Shown: positions 35,173-45,845, counted from the first letter of the stretch. The stretch: DNA of 64,000 nt from an uncultured Clostridia bacterium (GCA_947631765.1 CANRMP010000012.1:248-64247), one strand, 5' to 3'. The notes: a model not told the origin generated them from the letters alone. Numbers and translations are program-made.

Positions 35173-37524
35173 ATGAAAACGGGAAACCGTATTATAAAAG
35201 AATACGATAAGCGCATTTCTCTCAGATGCCCTGCCGCGATAAGCAGCTCGCTTCTTCAGCAGAGCTATGAGGACGGCAGATACAGTATAAAGCTTACTCT
35301 TGAAAATACAGGCGACAGCGGAGTTGACAATGACACCATAGAGAGCGCCGCCTTTGTTATAAGATGTATCGATTCAAACGGCGAAAACGTACTGTTTGAA
35401 AATAACGACTACCTTGTAAAGGCGGTAAACTTCGGAGAAAACGGGCTTGCAAGCGGCTCGGATATATCTATGATGGTAATGCTCGGCGACTTTGACGATC
35501 AGGAAATCGTGGATTTTGAAATATACGTCAACCGCATACGCTATGCAAGCGGCGCAGTTTGCGACTATTTGCGCGCCGACTTCTTTCAGATGCCCGCAAA
35601 GCCGATACCTCTTCACAAAAAGCTCAACCGCACCGAAACGGAGCAGGCAAAAAAGACCTTCGGAGAGAGCGCGGAGTTCATTCCGGAAAAGCTTTCAAAG
35701 GTAGTGTGGAGATGCACCTGCGGCGAGATATGCGAGAGCGGTACCTGTCCTACCTGCGGCGCCGCACGGGATGAGCTGTTCGACTATTTCGGAAGTGAGG
35801 CGATAGTCCCCTCGGATAAAGCCGGAATGGGAGTATTTGAAAATGAAGGGCGCTCGTCGTTTTTAAAAGGAATCGACAAGAAAAAGCTTGCGGTAGTCGT
35901 TATTCTTTCTCTTGTAGTGCTTCTTTTGGCGCTCACTTTGGTCTTTATCCTGATAAACAATTCGCACGGCGGGGACACCCCCTCGGAAGAGACAACCACA
36001 GATAACGGCGAAAATTCCCCGCCCCATATCGATGATTTTACACAGCTTGCCTTGGCATACGCCTCCTCACACAGATATGACGAGGCTATTGAGGTTGTGA
36101 GAAGTCAGAATCTCGGCTCCGAGATTTTAAATCAGATAGTACTTGACGCCGTAAATTATTACAAAGAAGCTAAAGATTATATGAAGGCGTATGAGTACTC
36201 GCAGATACTTCCCTCATATGAGGAAGGTGCGCTTCTGCTCTCTCTTGCCTATGATAAATTTATGGAAGAGGGCAGTTATGATAAAGCCCTTGAAGTTGGC
36301 GCCACACTGGGCGACAGTGAAAAGCTCTCCGCGGCGCTTGAAAAGGTCACCGACTCTCTTATCAGTGACGGAAAGTATCTTGAGGCTTACAACACGGCGC
36401 TCTCATATTCAAACAACACGCTTGCCGCAGAAATTGCCGAAAAAGGAATCGACGCTCTCAAAAAGAGCCACGATTATGACGGCGCTATCGAGCTTGCCAA
36501 GCTTCTTGAGCAAAGCGAGCTTATTTCGTCAATAAACAAAGAAGCGGCGGATTATTACATATCCACAAATGATTATGACAGCGCCGCAAAATACGCCGCC
36601 GCCTCAGGTGACCCCGAGACCTTGCGCAATCTTTGCGACAAAATAAGCGACGACATGATAAAGCAAAATCTCCCATCATATTTTGAGTATCTCACCACCG
36701 AAAGAAAAAGAACTGTGCTTGCAACCAAAATAAGCGCAAGCCGACTTGCCACAGTCATTGCCCCTAACGGAAATGTGCTTTACGGAATGGGCGAGATATA
36801 CACTCCAAACAGCGGAGTTCAGGCGGTATCCGTTTCGTCGGGAGACGCACACACGGTAATTCTTCTTTCAAACGGGCGCGTGGTAGCCTTCGGGGACAAC
36901 ACATACGGTCAGTGCGACGTTTCCTCTCTCAGAGACGTGGTTATGATATCCGCCGGAAAGAACCACACAGTAGCGCTTTTAGCCGACGGCACGGTCAAAG
37001 CGGTGGGCGACAACACGTACGGTCAGTGCAATGTTGCGGCTCTTACCGGAGTCACCATGATATCGGCGGGCTCAGAGCACACCTTAGCGCTTCTTTCAAG
37101 CGGAAAGGTGTATGCCTGCGGACTTAACACCAACTCGCAATGCGAGGTTAGAGCCTTTGAAAACGTCGTGAGTATAAGCGCGGGAAAGCTTCATTCGGTA
37201 GCGCTCACCTCAGATGGCAAGGCTCTCTCCTGCGGAAGCGTTCTTCTCGGAATGAGCAGTGTTTCGACATGGAGCGACCTCAAAGCAATAAGCGCGGGAG
37301 GCTCCTTTACCGTGGGTATGAAAAATGACGGCAGTCTTGTCATAACCGGTGCTGTTGTCAGCGGCAGTATAGGAAGCATAGCGGAAATTGCGGGCGCTTC
37401 CGAAATATGCGCATCCGAAGCGTACATATTAGCCTTTATGCCCGACGGCACAGTCAAGGCGACAGGCTCGCTCGCACCTGACGTAAACTGGATAAACAGC
37501 TATATCAGAACCCTCTCGGCTTGA
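35173..37524 (+). CDS. membrane protein with Zn-ribbon, TM segment, TPR-like helical repeats and C-terminal RCC1/BLIP-II repeats
   Basis: 783 aa. CTCGEICESGTCPTCG, TM VVVILSLVVLLLALTLVFILI, then repeats GDNTYGQCDV / GDNTYGQCNV / GLNTNSQCEV with HTV(A/I)LL spacing typical of the RCC1 propeller. Confidence 0.75.
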   Translation: MKTGNRIIKEYDKRISLRCPAAISSSLLQQSYEDGRYSIKLTLENTGDSGVDNDTIESAAFVIRCIDSNGENVLFENNDYLVKAVNFGENGLASGSDISMMVMLGDFDDQEIVDFEIYVNRIRYASGAVCDYLRADFFQMPAKPIPLHKKLNRTETEQAKKTFGESAEFIPEKLSKVVWRCTCGEICESGTCPTCGAARDELFDYFGSEAIVPSDKAGMGVFENEGRSSFLKGIDKKKLAVVVILSLVVLLLALTLVFILINNSHGGDTPSEETTTDNGENSPPHIDDFTQLALAYASSHRYDEAIEVVRSQNLGSEILNQIVLDAVNYYKEAKDYMKAYEYSQILPSYEEGALLLSLAYDKFMEEGSYDKALEVGATLGDSEKLSAALEKVTDSLISDGKYLEAYNTALSYSNNTLAAEIAEKGIDALKKSHDYDGAIELAKLLEQSELISSINKEAADYYISTNDYDSAAKYAAASGDPETLRNLCDKISDDMIKQNLPSYFEYLTTERKRTVLATKISASRLATVIAPNGNVLYGMGEIYTPNSGVQAVSVSSGDAHTVILLSNGRVVAFGDNTYGQCDVSSLRDVVMISAGKNHTVALLADGTVKAVGDNTYGQCNVAALTGVTMISAGSEHTLALLSSGKVYACGLNTNSQCEVRAFENVVSISAGKLHSVALTSDGKALSCGSVLLGMSSVSTWSDLKAISAGGSFTVGMKNDGSLVITGAVVSGSIGSIAEIAGASEICASEAYILAFMPDGTVKATGSLAPDVNWINSYIRTLSA

Positions 37525-37606
37525 AATCATAAACTAAAAAAATCAGAAACCGCTATCGGTCATGTAAACATGTAAAAATCCAGGAGCAAAATAATATAAT
37601 AATATA

Positions 37607-39058
37607 ATGAATAAAATATACAGAATAATTGTTATCCTGCTGCTTTTCTCCCTCCTTGCTCCCCTTATTTCGTGCCATAAAAACAACGATTCGCAAGAGA
37701 CAGAACCCGAAACCGTTACGGACGATGAGCCTATCGAAGAAAACAAGATAGGAAATCCGAGCGCATTCGGGGCTCAGTCGGACGAAGAGTCAACACTGCC
37801 TACGATAAGCATTATTACCGACGGCGGCGGTATGATAATGTCAAAGGATTATCAGGGCGCCACGGTAAGCGTCAGCGGCGCAGTCTATGACGAGTGCAAT
37901 TTCGAATCTCTGACGGCACAAATAAAATGCCGCGGAAATTTCACCTTTTCCGTCGAAAAGAAATCCTATAGGATAAAATTTGACGAAAAGATAAATCTTT
38001 TCAATCAGGGGCGCGGTCCGGCAAAAAGCTGGGTGCTTCTTGCCGAACACTGCGATCAGTCGTTCTTAAGAAATCACCTGACCTTTTCTCTGGCAACCCT
38101 GCTTGACAAAATCGCATACGTCAGCTCTTCCTCCTTTGTTCATCTTGAAATAAACGGCATTCCTCAGGGAATTTACCACCTTGCCGAACAGCATCAGGTT
38201 CAGGAAAACAGGGTGAATATAAACGAAGACCCCGAAATTGTCGACACCGACTATTTTATAGAATGGGACGCATACGCGGGGGATGAAGGCTTGGAGTACG
38301 GCGTATATTGGTTTAATTGCGAGGGAAACAATTTTCTTGTTAAAAGCTCTTATATGACTCCCGAAAAATGCGGATTTTTACAGCAATATTTCTTAAAAAC
38401 CTCAAACGCGCTGATAAGCGGCGACAGGACAAATATAGAAAAATATATTAATATTGATTCATTTGTCGACATGTATATTTTGCAGGAGACGGTGAAAAAT
38501 ATAGATGTGGGTTGGTCGTCGTTTTTCCTTGTCAAGTCGGCAAACGGGAAAATTTCCTGTACCTGTCCTTGGGATTTTGATTTAAGTCTCGGAAACGATT
38601 ACAGACTTGACGACGGAGCATATGAAAATCTGTATGTGGGAAATTCCGAATACGCTTTAGGTCATCGAAGACTTGACCAGGGCAACGAATGGTTCTGCTA
38701 CCTTATGCAAAATCAATGGTTTGTTGACATAGTGATAGATAGATGGAACGAGGTTTACCCCGCAATGCAAGAGCTGGCGATAAGCGAAATTGACCGCATT
38801 CTCACCTGCTTTGGTGATGAGATCGCCGGAAACTTCGATATCTGGCAGATTTTCGGAAGAAGAGTCAACGAGGAACCATGGCAAATAGTGGAGCTTGACA
38901 CCTATGAAAAGCACGTTTTATATCTGAGAGCTTGGATAAACAATCGCTTTGAATGGTTAAAGAGCTATTTTGAGAATGACGACACCAAATACCAAACCAC
39001 AGAATATGAAGAAAACAACGGATGGTGGAATCCCGGATGGTGGGATCCCGGACGGTAA
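37607..39058 (+). CDS. CotH-family (atypical kinase fold) lipoprotein
   Basis: 483 aa. Lipobox LISC. KKSYRIKFDEKINLF, WVLLAEHCDQSFLRNHL, VHLEINGIPQGIYHLAEQ and WDFDLSLGN match the CotH pattern. Confidence 0.78.
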   Translation: MNKIYRIIVILLLFSLLAPLISCHKNNDSQETEPETVTDDEPIEENKIGNPSAFGAQSDEESTLPTISIITDGGGMIMSKDYQGATVSVSGAVYDECNFESLTAQIKCRGNFTFSVEKKSYRIKFDEKINLFNQGRGPAKSWVLLAEHCDQSFLRNHLTFSLATLLDKIAYVSSSSFVHLEINGIPQGIYHLAEQHQVQENRVNINEDPEIVDTDYFIEWDAYAGDEGLEYGVYWFNCEGNNFLVKSSYMTPEKCGFLQQYFLKTSNALISGDRTNIEKYINIDSFVDMYILQETVKNIDVGWSSFFLVKSANGKISCTCPWDFDLSLGNDYRLDDGAYENLYVGNSEYALGHRRLDQGNEWFCYLMQNQWFVDIVIDRWNEVYPAMQELAISEIDRILTCFGDEIAGNFDIWQIFGRRVNEEPWQIVELDTYEKHVLYLRAWINNRFEWLKSYFENDDTKYQTTEYEENNGWWNPGWWDPGR

Positions 39059-39110
39059 AAATTCATCTTCATATTTCGCAATATTAGAACAAATTAAAAA
39101 GATTTACACG

Positions 39111-39152
39111 GGTCGGCGATGATTTTATACATCTGCCGACCTGACTTTTTAT
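39111..39152 (+). terminator. probable terminator after the cotH-like gene
   Basis: GGTCGGC ... GCCGACC (17-nt loop) followed by TGACTTTTTATT. Confidence 0.5.
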
Positions 39153-39254
39153 TATACGACCCTCACAATGTGACAGACATTGTTTTTCTTAAAGTATAAA
39201 ATATAAAAGAAAAACAAAAGTAAGGTCATTTTAAGAAAGGCAAGGTAATAAAAA

Positions 39255-41627
39255 ATGGATATTTTGATAAAAGCCAAAGAAAGGGTAAACAAAATAAAAG
39301 AAAAGGGCACAAAGCTCATAACCGCCGTGGGAGGAAGAATAGAGGGTGTGGAAGCTCTCAGCGAGGATGAAGCGGTAAGGATAAGGCGAAGAGCGGGATA
39401 TTGCATATTCTGCGCGCTATCCGGCTTTTTATTTGCAGGGACAAGCGCCGCTTTTGAGAGCTATCCGTTCGCGCTGGCACTGCTCTGCTGTGCCGGTCAT
39501 TCGGGAGCGTTCTTTGTTTATGCGGGGGCAATAGCCGGAGCTCTCGCTTCAAGCGGCGCCGCCTTTGCCCATTTGCTGATATACACTCTTGCGCTGATAT
39601 GCAGAATAGTTCTCTCGCCGAAAAGCGACGTCAAGGGAAGAAGAATATTTGAAGAGGAGCCGAAAATTCGCGTGCTCATATGCCTTGCCTGCTCGTTTTT
39701 GCTCGGAATTTATTCCTTTGTGGATAAACTCCAAAGCAGCGGCATAGACGGGCTTCTTTCCCTGCTTTTTGTTATTGTATGCGCTCCGGTTTTGACTCTG
39801 CTTTTTATCTGCTCGCTCGGCGACAAGGGAAACAGCGCGCTAAAGGAAGCCGGACTGTGTGCTCTGCTTTTTGTATTTATCTATTCACTCACAAAGCACA
39901 CGTTTTTCGGATATTCCTTTGCCGCCTCGGTGTCTTTTTTAATAATTCTCACAATTTCAAACGCCTACGGTACTTTGAAGGGTGCGATTTGCGGTCTTGT
40001 GTGCGGCGTTGCCTCGGCGGTAAGCCCCGTAACCTTCACGGTCGCCGGCTTTGCGGCAGGCGCCTTCAGAGTATTCGGGGTGGTTCCCGGAGTATTCGTC
40101 TCCCTTGCCACCGCTATCGGGTGCGCCGCCTATCTTGACGGACTGAGCTCTGTTTTCATGCTTGCGGGCGACATGATATTTGCCGCGCTTATCTACATTC
40201 CCTTATACAAAACCGGACTGTTTTCAAAGCTCATTTTGTCAAACGACGAACAAATGACAAGTGTTATCAGCGACGCGATGTCCGAAGAAAAGCGCCGAGA
40301 AGGGGAAAGGAAAAAATTCGCTTCGCTCTCACGCGCCTTTGACGACCTTTCAAAGGTTTTTGTTAAGCTTTCGGAAAATCTCAGAAGCCCGGGACTTTAT
40401 GAGCTTCATGAGCTCTGCGACGACGTCTTTGACAGATATTGCAGAAAATGCTCGCTTGTTTCATTCTGCTGGCAGAGAAATTTCGACGAAACAAACGAAG
40501 GAATAAACCTTGTGGCGGAAAGTATGAGAAACAAAGGCTTCCTTGAAAAGGGCGATCTGCCCGAATTTCTTGCCAAGCGATGCCGCAATATTGAAAAAAT
40601 ACTTCTTGATATCAACCGCGGCTGTGCGGACATGGTGGAAGACGCCATAAAAAAAGACAAAACGGAGCTTTTCGCGCTCGACTATGAGGCAATATCCGAG
40701 CTGCTTCGTGAGAGCGTCGGAAATGACGGCGACTACATACTTGACAGCGACCTTCAAAACAAGGCGGCAAAAATAATAAGAGGGCTCGGGATATCCTCTA
40801 TGGCTTACGGCGCATGGGGAAAGCGGGCAAAAACCATACTCGCCTCGGGAGTCGAAATAGGGAGCATTGCCGTCACCTCGGACGAAATACGCCGCAGTCT
40901 CGAAAACGGCACGGGACTGAGACTCTCCGAGCCCGAGTTCAATTTCAGCGGCGAATTTGTTTCAATGTCCCTTACCTCAAGAAAAAGCTATAAGATAAAG
41001 ACCGCATTTTCCTTCTTTTGCGCAAAAGGAGAGGAAATATCGGGGGACAAAAGCTCCTCCTTCGAAAGCGTCAACAACTACGCCTATGTGACCCTTTGCG
41101 ACGGCATGGGAAGCGGTCCTGACGCGGCGTCCGTTTCCGAAATATCCGAACTGTTTATTGAAAAAATGCTTTCAGCCGGAAATTGCCTTCCCGTCACTCT
41201 CAAGCTTCTGTCTAACTTTTTAAGGGCAAGAAGCGATGAATATCACTGCACCGCCGACATTTTGGAATTTGATCTTATCAACGCCCGCGCCTCCTTTATA
41301 AAATGCGGCGCTCCGCCCTCTTATGTTCTCAGAAATAGCAATATATTCAAAATCGAGGCGCGGAGTATGCCTTTGGGGCTTACCAAGGAAATAAACGCCG
41401 AAAAAGTCGAAATGCAGCTTGCCGAAAACGACACCGTCATATTGGTCAGCGACGGCGTGGCTCCCGACCTTGAAGAGGCGCTCTGGCTTCCCGACCTTCT
41501 GCTTTCTTGCAAGGACATGCCCATAAAGGATATAGCCGATACTGTTGCCAAACGGGCAAAGGCGGAAAGCGACTCTGCGGACGATATTACAGTCTGCGTT
41601 ATCAAAATATCGGGTATTGAGGAGTAA
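39255..41627 (+). CDS. spoIIE: stage II sporulation protein E (PP2C phosphatase)
   Basis: 790 aa. ~10 TM segments at the N-terminus, a central regulatory region, and a C-terminal PP2C domain (ISGDKSS...VTLCDGMGSGPDAA...LVSDGV). Confidence 0.9.
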   Translation: MDILIKAKERVNKIKEKGTKLITAVGGRIEGVEALSEDEAVRIRRRAGYCIFCALSGFLFAGTSAAFESYPFALALLCCAGHSGAFFVYAGAIAGALASSGAAFAHLLIYTLALICRIVLSPKSDVKGRRIFEEEPKIRVLICLACSFLLGIYSFVDKLQSSGIDGLLSLLFVIVCAPVLTLLFICSLGDKGNSALKEAGLCALLFVFIYSLTKHTFFGYSFAASVSFLIILTISNAYGTLKGAICGLVCGVASAVSPVTFTVAGFAAGAFRVFGVVPGVFVSLATAIGCAAYLDGLSSVFMLAGDMIFAALIYIPLYKTGLFSKLILSNDEQMTSVISDAMSEEKRREGERKKFASLSRAFDDLSKVFVKLSENLRSPGLYELHELCDDVFDRYCRKCSLVSFCWQRNFDETNEGINLVAESMRNKGFLEKGDLPEFLAKRCRNIEKILLDINRGCADMVEDAIKKDKTELFALDYEAISELLRESVGNDGDYILDSDLQNKAAKIIRGLGISSMAYGAWGKRAKTILASGVEIGSIAVTSDEIRRSLENGTGLRLSEPEFNFSGEFVSMSLTSRKSYKIKTAFSFFCAKGEEISGDKSSSFESVNNYAYVTLCDGMGSGPDAASVSEISELFIEKMLSAGNCLPVTLKLLSNFLRARSDEYHCTADILEFDLINARASFIKCGAPPSYVLRNSNIFKIEARSMPLGLTKEINAEKVEMQLAENDTVILVSDGVAPDLEEALWLPDLLLSCKDMPIKDIADTVAKRAKAESDSADDITVCVIKISGIEE

Positions 41628-41645
41628 ATAATTTGTATTATGAAA

Positions 41646-41681
41646 ATCTGCTCTGCGGCAAACCGCAGGGCTGATTTTTTG
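41646..41681 (+). terminator. intrinsic terminator after spoIIE
   Basis: ATCTGCTCTGCGG-CAAA-CCGCAGGGCTGAT followed by TTTTTT. Confidence 0.7.
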
Positions 41682-41784
41682 CTTGAATTAATAAAAAACT
41701 TACTTTTCCATCTTGAAAATTCGTATTTTATATAGTATAATTAAGGTTCATTGTATTTGTATTGTATCAGAGGTGAAAGAATAA

Positions 41785-43530
41785 TTGTTTAAAAAACTGC
41801 TCTCCTGTGTCCGGGAGTACAAGCTGCCCACATTTCTCACGCTAATATTTATTACGGGAGAGGTGATTATCGAGGCGCTTATTCCGTTTATTACAGCCGA
41901 TCTTGTAAACAAGGTGCAAGAGGGCGCCGAGCTTTCGGGCGTTATACGCACCGGAGCAATACTGCTTATCATGGCTGTGATATCTCTTTCTTGCGGCGGG
42001 CTTGCTGGTTTTACCTGCGCAAAAGCATCAGCGGGATTTGCCAAAAATCTGCGTAAGGACATTTTCAGAAGGATACAGACCTATTCTTTTGAAAACATCG
42101 ACAGGTTTTCATCATCCTCGCTTGTGACGAGAATGACAACCGATGTGGCAAACGTCCAAATGGCTTATATGATGCTCATTCGTATCGCGGTAAGAGCGCC
42201 GCTTCTCTTGATTTTTTCTATAGTTATGGCATACGTAATGGGCGGAGCGCTTGCAACTTCGTTTGTTATCATTATTCCCTTTCTTGTGTTCGGACTGTTC
42301 AGCGTGGCGCGCAAAGCTATGCCAGCGTTCAAAAGAGTATTTAAAAAATACGACCGCCTCAACGAATCCATAGAGGAAAACGTCAGAGGAATGCGCGTTG
42401 TAAAGGGCTTTTCCCGTGAAGAATATGAAAAAGCCAAATTCGGAGCGGCGGCCGAGGATATCAGAGGCGATTTCACCCGCGCGGAACGCATTGTGGCGCT
42501 CAACACGCCGCTTATGCAGATATGCGTTTATTTCAATATGCTTTTTGTCCTTTACGTCGGCTCAAAGCTCATTATTACAAGCGGGGGAAGTGTGCTCAAC
42601 GTCGGCGACATTACCGCAATGCTTACATACGGTATGCAGATATTAATGCAGCTTATGATGCTCTCCACAATATACGTAATGCTCACAATGTCCTCCGAAT
42701 CCATAAAGCGAATAGTCGAGGTGCTTGACGAAGAATCGACCTTGAGCAATCCGAAAAATCCGATAACAACCGTTTCAAGCGGATCGATAGACTTTTGTCA
42801 GGTGAGCTTCAAATACTCGGAAAATGCGGAAAAATACGCGCTTGCAAACGTTAATTTGCATATTGACTCGGGAATGACCGTGGGCATTCTCGGAACCACC
42901 GGTTCAAGTAAATCGACAATAGTTCAGCTTATTCCGAGACTTTACGACGTAAGCCTCGGGGCGGTAAAGGTCGGAGGAGTGGACGTGCGCGAGTACGACC
43001 TTGACACACTCAGAAGCGAGGTTGCAATGGTGCTTCAAAAGAACCTTTTGTTTTCGGGCACCATCCGCGACAATTTAAAATGGGGTAACCCGGACGCCAC
43101 CGATGAAGAAATAATCGAGGCTTGCAGGCTCTCGCAGGCTTATGAGTTTGTAAGCTCTTTCCCGGACGGGCTTGACACGGTTATCGAGCAGGGCGGCGCC
43201 AATGTTTCGGGCGGTCAGAAGCAAAGACTGTGCATTGCAAGAGCACTGCTCAAAAAGCCGAAAATACTCATTCTTGATGACTCGACAAGCGCAGTTGACA
43301 CCAAAACCGATATGCTTATACGCCGCGGCTTTAAGCAGTTTATTCCGCAAACCACAAAGATAATTATCGCTCAGAGGGTAGCCTCGGTTCAAGACGCGGA
43401 TATGATAATCGTCATGAATAACGGCGAGGTTGCGGCAGTGGGAAAGCATGAGGAGCTTATGAAAAACTGCGATATTTACCGTGAAATATACGACCAACAA
43501 ACAAACGGAGGCGCGGCAAATGAAGACTGA
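41785..43530 (+). CDS. ABC exporter, fused permease/ATPase (heterodimer partner 1)
   Basis: 581 aa. TTG start with GAGGTGA RBS. Six TM segments, Walker A GTTGSSKST, signature VSGGQKQR, Walker B ILILDDSTSAVD. Confidence 0.9.
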   Translation: MFKKLLSCVREYKLPTFLTLIFITGEVIIEALIPFITADLVNKVQEGAELSGVIRTGAILLIMAVISLSCGGLAGFTCAKASAGFAKNLRKDIFRRIQTYSFENIDRFSSSSLVTRMTTDVANVQMAYMMLIRIAVRAPLLLIFSIVMAYVMGGALATSFVIIIPFLVFGLFSVARKAMPAFKRVFKKYDRLNESIEENVRGMRVVKGFSREEYEKAKFGAAAEDIRGDFTRAERIVALNTPLMQICVYFNMLFVLYVGSKLIITSGGSVLNVGDITAMLTYGMQILMQLMMLSTIYVMLTMSSESIKRIVEVLDEESTLSNPKNPITTVSSGSIDFCQVSFKYSENAEKYALANVNLHIDSGMTVGILGTTGSSKSTIVQLIPRLYDVSLGAVKVGGVDVREYDLDTLRSEVAMVLQKNLLFSGTIRDNLKWGNPDATDEEIIEACRLSQAYEFVSSFPDGLDTVIEQGGANVSGGQKQRLCIARALLKKPKILILDDSTSAVDTKTDMLIRRGFKQFIPQTTKIIIAQRVASVQDADMIIVMNNGEVAAVGKHEELMKNCDIYREIYDQQTNGGAANED

Positions 43531-45433
43531 ACAAAATCAAAAGCGAAAATTCGACAAAAACGTCTTCGGACGTGTGATAGGCTTTCTTTTCAAGAGCTAT
43601 CCGGTGCTTGTCCCTCTCACCGCTCTATGCATAATATTCTCTGCGGCAGTATCTTCAATCCCTTCCCTGTTTGTGCAGAGAGTTTTGGCGGTGGTTGACA
43701 AGTCTTTAAAAGAAGGAACCCTTGACTGGAATGTGACCAAAACCGAAATTCTGCCCGTTATTGCCCTTTTGGCATTTCTTTATGTTTTGTCGGTGATATT
43801 TATAGCTCTGCACACCCAGCTTATGGCGTTTATCACCCAGGGATTTTTGTGCAAGCTGCGGCGCAAAATGTTCGACGGAATGCAAAATCTTCCCATTCGT
43901 TTTTTTGACACAAACAAGCACGGCGATATAATGAGCTATTACACCAATGATATCGACGCACTGCGCCAGCTTGTTTCCCAGTCTCTGCCCCAGCTTTTGC
44001 AATCCGCGGTTATAATTCTCACCGTTTTCTCAATAATGCTGTGGTTCAGCGTGTGGATGACCTTGATAATTTTAGTCGGGGTCACGGCAATGATCTTCGT
44101 TTCAAGGAAAATAGGCGGCGGCTCCGCAAAATACTTTGTTCGCCGTCAGAAATCAATCGGTCGCACCGAGGCGTTCGTTCAGGAAATGATGAACGGTCAA
44201 AGGGTTATCAAGGTTTTCTGCCATGAAAAGGCGGCAATCTCCGATTTTGATAAGATAAACGATGTGTTGTACGAGGACACGTTTAAAGCAAACGCATATG
44301 CCAACGTGCTCGGTCCCATAATCAACAACATCGGAAACGTGCTTTACGTGCTGTGCGCAACCGCAAGCGGTATTTTCCTTCTCACAGGAGTCAAAAACAT
44401 AAGCATATCCGGGCTTGCCTTCAGCATAAGCATTCTTGTGCCTTTTCTGAATATGACAAAGCAGTTCACCGGCAATTTAAACAACTTAACACAGCAGATA
44501 AACGCGATAGTCATGGGTCTTGCCGGAGCTCAAAGGGTATTTGCCCTCATGGACGAGCAGCCCGAGACTGACGAAGGCTACGTAACGCTTGTCAACTGCA
44601 CTACCGACGAAAACGGAAATATTACCGAATGTGAAAAGCAGGTGGGACAATGGGCGTGGAAGCACCCTCACGGCGACGGAAGCGTTACCTATACTCCTCT
44701 GCGCGGAGACGTGCGCCTTTTTGACGTGGATTTTGCTTATGAGGAAGGAAAGACCGTTCTGCACGGCATAACCGTTTACTCGGAACCCGGGCAAAAGGTC
44801 GCCTTTGTCGGAGCCACAGGCGCCGGCAAAACCACAATAACCAATCTTATAAACCGTTTCTATGATATAGCCGACGGAAAAATACGTTACGACGGCATCA
44901 ATATAAACAAAATCAAAAAAGCCGACCTGCGCAGATCGCTGGGCATTGTGCTCCAGGACACCAACCTCTTTACCGGCACGGTCTTTGATAACATACGGTA
45001 CGGCAGACTTGACGCCACCGACGAAGAATGTATTGCGGCGGCGCGACTTGCCGGAGCCGACGATTTTATCACCCGCCTTCCCAAGGGATATATGACCGAG
45101 CTTACCGGCAACGGCTCCAATTTGTCGCAGGGACAGCGCCAGCTTATTGCAATCGCCCGCGTTGCTGTGGCAAATCCTCCGGTTATGATACTTGACGAGG
45201 CGACCTCCTCGATAGACACCCGCACAGAAGCGATAGTTCAAAGGGGTATGGATAAGCTAATGGAAGGACGTACTGTCTTTGTTATAGCCCACAGACTGTC
45301 GACAATTATGAATTCCGATGTCATTATGGTGCTCGATCACGGCAGAATAATAGAACGCGGAAATCACGAAAAACTCCTTGGGGAAAAGGGCGTGTACTAT
45401 CAGCTATACACCGGAGCCTTTGAGCTTGAATAA
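43520..45433 (+). CDS. ABC exporter, fused permease/ATPase (heterodimer partner 2)
   Basis: ORF track starts at 43481. ATG 43520 has GGAGG 8 nt upstream and overlaps the upstream stop. Walker A GATGAGKTT, signature LSQGQRQL, Walker B VMILDEATSSID. Confidence 0.9.
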   Translation: MKTEQNQKRKFDKNVFGRVIGFLFKSYPVLVPLTALCIIFSAAVSSIPSLFVQRVLAVVDKSLKEGTLDWNVTKTEILPVIALLAFLYVLSVIFIALHTQLMAFITQGFLCKLRRKMFDGMQNLPIRFFDTNKHGDIMSYYTNDIDALRQLVSQSLPQLLQSAVIILTVFSIMLWFSVWMTLIILVGVTAMIFVSRKIGGGSAKYFVRRQKSIGRTEAFVQEMMNGQRVIKVFCHEKAAISDFDKINDVLYEDTFKANAYANVLGPIINNIGNVLYVLCATASGIFLLTGVKNISISGLAFSISILVPFLNMTKQFTGNLNNLTQQINAIVMGLAGAQRVFALMDEQPETDEGYVTLVNCTTDENGNITECEKQVGQWAWKHPHGDGSVTYTPLRGDVRLFDVDFAYEEGKTVLHGITVYSEPGQKVAFVGATGAGKTTITNLINRFYDIADGKIRYDGININKIKKADLRRSLGIVLQDTNLFTGTVFDNIRYGRLDATDEECIAAARLAGADDFITRLPKGYMTELTGNGSNLSQGQRQLIAIARVAVANPPVMILDEATSSIDTRTEAIVQRGMDKLMEGRTVFVIAHRLSTIMNSDVIMVLDHGRIIERGNHEKLLGEKGVYYQLYTGAFELE

Positions 45434-45784
45434 CTTTTCCTCTTTTCTCTGCTACACATAGGGCGCACCCCGCTCGGGCAGAGCTTCATGCTCACTTAAA
45501 AAACCAAAGCAAAAAAGGCCGTGGCTAAACGGTGTCGGAATTTTTGAATAAGCGGTTTGACGGTTCGTCAGACCGCTTATTCTGTTGCCCTTTTACGCCG
45601 CGCTTTTTTACAAGGACGGAATCTCAACGCGCGCCGGTAGTGATTTTATGTTCTGCGCTCTCTTTCAGACGTCCATCATTTCATAGGTCGAACGGCAAAA
45701 ATGCTTCTCCCGTTTTGAGGCGGCGGGATATCATGCTCAAATTTTACGCTTATGAAAAAAATTTAAAAAAATGTTGTATGGCAC

Positions 45785-45823
45785 TTGACAAAAATCCGAA
45801 ATCGTATTATAATTAAAATACGA
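45785..45823 (+). promoter_or_regulatory. marR promoter with an overlapping palindromic operator
   Basis: TTGACA (45785..45790), 17 nt, TATAAT (45808..45813). Inverted repeat TCGTATT (45802..45808) / AATACGA (45817..45823) brackets the -10 box. Confidence 0.7.
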
Positions 45824-45845
45824 AATAGAATTTTGAGGTGACTTT

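Noticed and set aside
45532-45816. 94-aa plus-strand ORF and possible small genes or sRNA in the 412-bp ABC-marR intergenic region, including the hairpin AATAAGCGGT...ACCGCTTATT at 45548..45582.
   Set aside because: The ORF has no RBS, an odd composition, and runs through the marR promoter. Minus-strand reading frames give only peptides under 20 aa. The hairpin is most simply the distal terminator of the ABC operon. Nothing further could be supported.
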